27,157 nucleotides of DNA from Promethearchaeota archaeon (GTDB taxonomy: Archaea > Asgardarchaeota > Lokiarchaeia > Sigyniarchaeales > SOKP01), in assembly GCA_019894975.1 (NCBI GenBank), contig JAGXNO010000044.1, positions 1-27,157 on the forward strand. The letters are read 5' to 3'. The notes beneath the pieces are model-generated. The model saw nothing but the letters and a program-made list of their open reading frames with translations, made no database searches and was not told the origin of the DNA. Below are positions 25,936 through 27,157 of this stretch, piece after piece. A program made the translations under genes and the position numbers. The stretch's first letter is position 1. The number at the start of each line of letters is the position of its first letter.

Positions 25936-27157
25936 ATGAATGCTCAAAATTATCCTACCCCCGAAAAACATAAAGAGCACCTAGGTCAATATCAAATAAA
26001 TCCTAATCGTGCAATGTTTACGATTATTCTTAGTATACTCGTTGATGTGTTTGGATTTAGCATGGTCATGCCCTTATTACCTTTTATAGTAATAGATTCC
26101 CTTGGGGCAACTCCCTTTATGTATGGACTTATCATATCTTCGAATGCTATTGCCATTTTAATTTTTGGACCCATTTGGGGCAAATTGAGTGACAATTATG
26201 GACGAAAACCTATTTTAATCATTTCTCAAGCCGGTACAGGTGTAGCATTTCTTGTATTAGCATTTTCATACTCGATTCCTGTAATTTTTGCAGGGCGTAT
26301 TATTGATGGGATTTTTAGTGGTCAATTCCCTATTGTAAGAGCATATATTTCCGATGTAACTACTCCACAAACGCGATCATCTCAAATGAGTAGAATTATG
26401 GTTGGGTACACGGGAGGAATGATAATCGGACCACTAATAGGAGGAATTCTTGGAGGCATCAATTGGGCGCTTCCAATGTTATTCGCAGCTTTTCTTACAG
26501 TTGTTTCAATCATACTCACTTTAACAGTTTTAGTTGAAAGTATGCCAAAAGAAAGAATTAATGATCTACAAATCCAAAAACAAATGCAAAAAGCAAATAA
26601 TGATTTGGATAAAAAGATTTGGAACAAAGAAGTTGGTATTCGTTTTGCTCAAATTTTCCTACATTCATTAATTTCCATCATATTTGGCGCTAGTTTTTCA
26701 CTAGTACTATATCAAAGATTTAATCCTGATCCCTCTATCATAGGATCAATTATGTCAATAACAGGTATCGTGCTTATGGTTTATGGGTTATTCCTTATGA
26801 GACGGATAATTCGAAAAATTGGAGAGAAAAAAATATTCTTTGCAAGTATTATCGGATATATTATCCTATTTCAGTTTTATCCCTATTTGACTGAGCTTTG
26901 GATGGTGTATGTATTTATGGTTCCTTATGCGTTATGTATGGCTTCTGTGTACCCACTCATATCAAGTAATATTACTAAAGCTGTAGGTCCTGCTAAGCAG
27001 GGTACAATTAGTGGATGGACTACCAACGTTCAATCGATTTCTCAAACAATAAGCCCTTTAATAGCAACTGCTTATCTACAGCTGGGTGGAGTTTTCCTAG
27101 GATTTATATACTTAAATTCCTATCAATTAATCGGTTTCACAAATATTATTCTAGCAG
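25936..27157 (+). CDS. MFS transporter, TetA/DHA1-like, paralog 2; runs off the 3' end of the window
   Basis: Absent from the ORF track because it has no stop in the window. ATG25936 reads MNAQNYPTPEKHKEHLGQYQINPNRAMFTIILSILVD...WGKLSDNYGRKP...RAYISDVTTPQTR, collinear with 21974..23308. Confidence 0.92.
   Translation, partial: MNAQNYPTPEKHKEHLGQYQINPNRAMFTIILSILVDVFGFSMVMPLLPFIVIDSLGATPFMYGLIISSNAIAILIFGPIWGKLSDNYGRKPILIISQAGTGVAFLVLAFSYSIPVIFAGRIIDGIFSGQFPIVRAYISDVTTPQTRSSQMSRIMVGYTGGMIIGPLIGGILGGINWALPMLFAAFLTVVSIILTLTVLVESMPKERINDLQIQKQMQKANNDLDKKIWNKEVGIRFAQIFLHSLISIIFGASFSLVLYQRFNPDPSIIGSIMSITGIVLMVYGLFLMRRIIRKIGEKKIFFASIIGYIILFQFYPYLTELWMVYVFMVPYALCMASVYPLISSNITKAVGPAKQGTISGWTTNVQSISQTISPLIATAYLQLGGVFLGFIYLNSYQLIGFTNIILA

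Noticed and set aside
1309-26627. Short ORF-track entries antisense to or overlapping longer genes (for example 1309-1620, 2927-3172, 3971-4207, 9165-9413, 11609-12136, 13060-16488 minus-strand ORFs, 24041-24424, 25992-26195, 26382-26627)
   Set aside because: Shadow ORFs of well-supported genes with no recognisable motifs
1-27157. Prophage, IS element or classical defence island
   Set aside because: No integrase, transposase, virion, restriction-modification or Cas genes were recognised

Overview
AT-rich, gene-dense prokaryotic window. It is probably archaeal and resembles Asgard/Lokiarchaeia. This is an inference from the DUF166-like gene, long 40-aa TPR arrays, GGAGG/GGTG ribosome-binding sites, oligo-T terminators and TATA-like boxes about 30 nt before starts. 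I saw no rRNA, tRNA, CRISPR array, integrase or transposase. The left third (1-9100) is an accessory redox/small-molecule region: a condensation-type acyltransferase, Cys-rich small proteins, flavodoxin-like and EFR1-type ferredoxin genes, three intact zinc-independent MDR oxidoreductases, and two gene remnants missed by the ORF track. The middle holds a Ca2+/cation antiporter, an ICMT-family methyltransferase, a ~10-TM unknown protein, a 1252-aa SIR2-TPR protein, mutM, a filter-less RCK channel-like protein and a coiled-coil/polyproline-repeat/Zn-ribbon protein. The right third has paired carboxylesterases and MFS transporters, a DUF1326-like protein and a GDPD-fold protein with a rewired active site. 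The best candidate for an undescribed system is the standalone SIR2 (NADase-type motifs intact) plus ~17 TPR plus unknown C-terminal domain protein, which lacks any STAND NTPase. All family assignments come from motif recognition by eye, not database searches.
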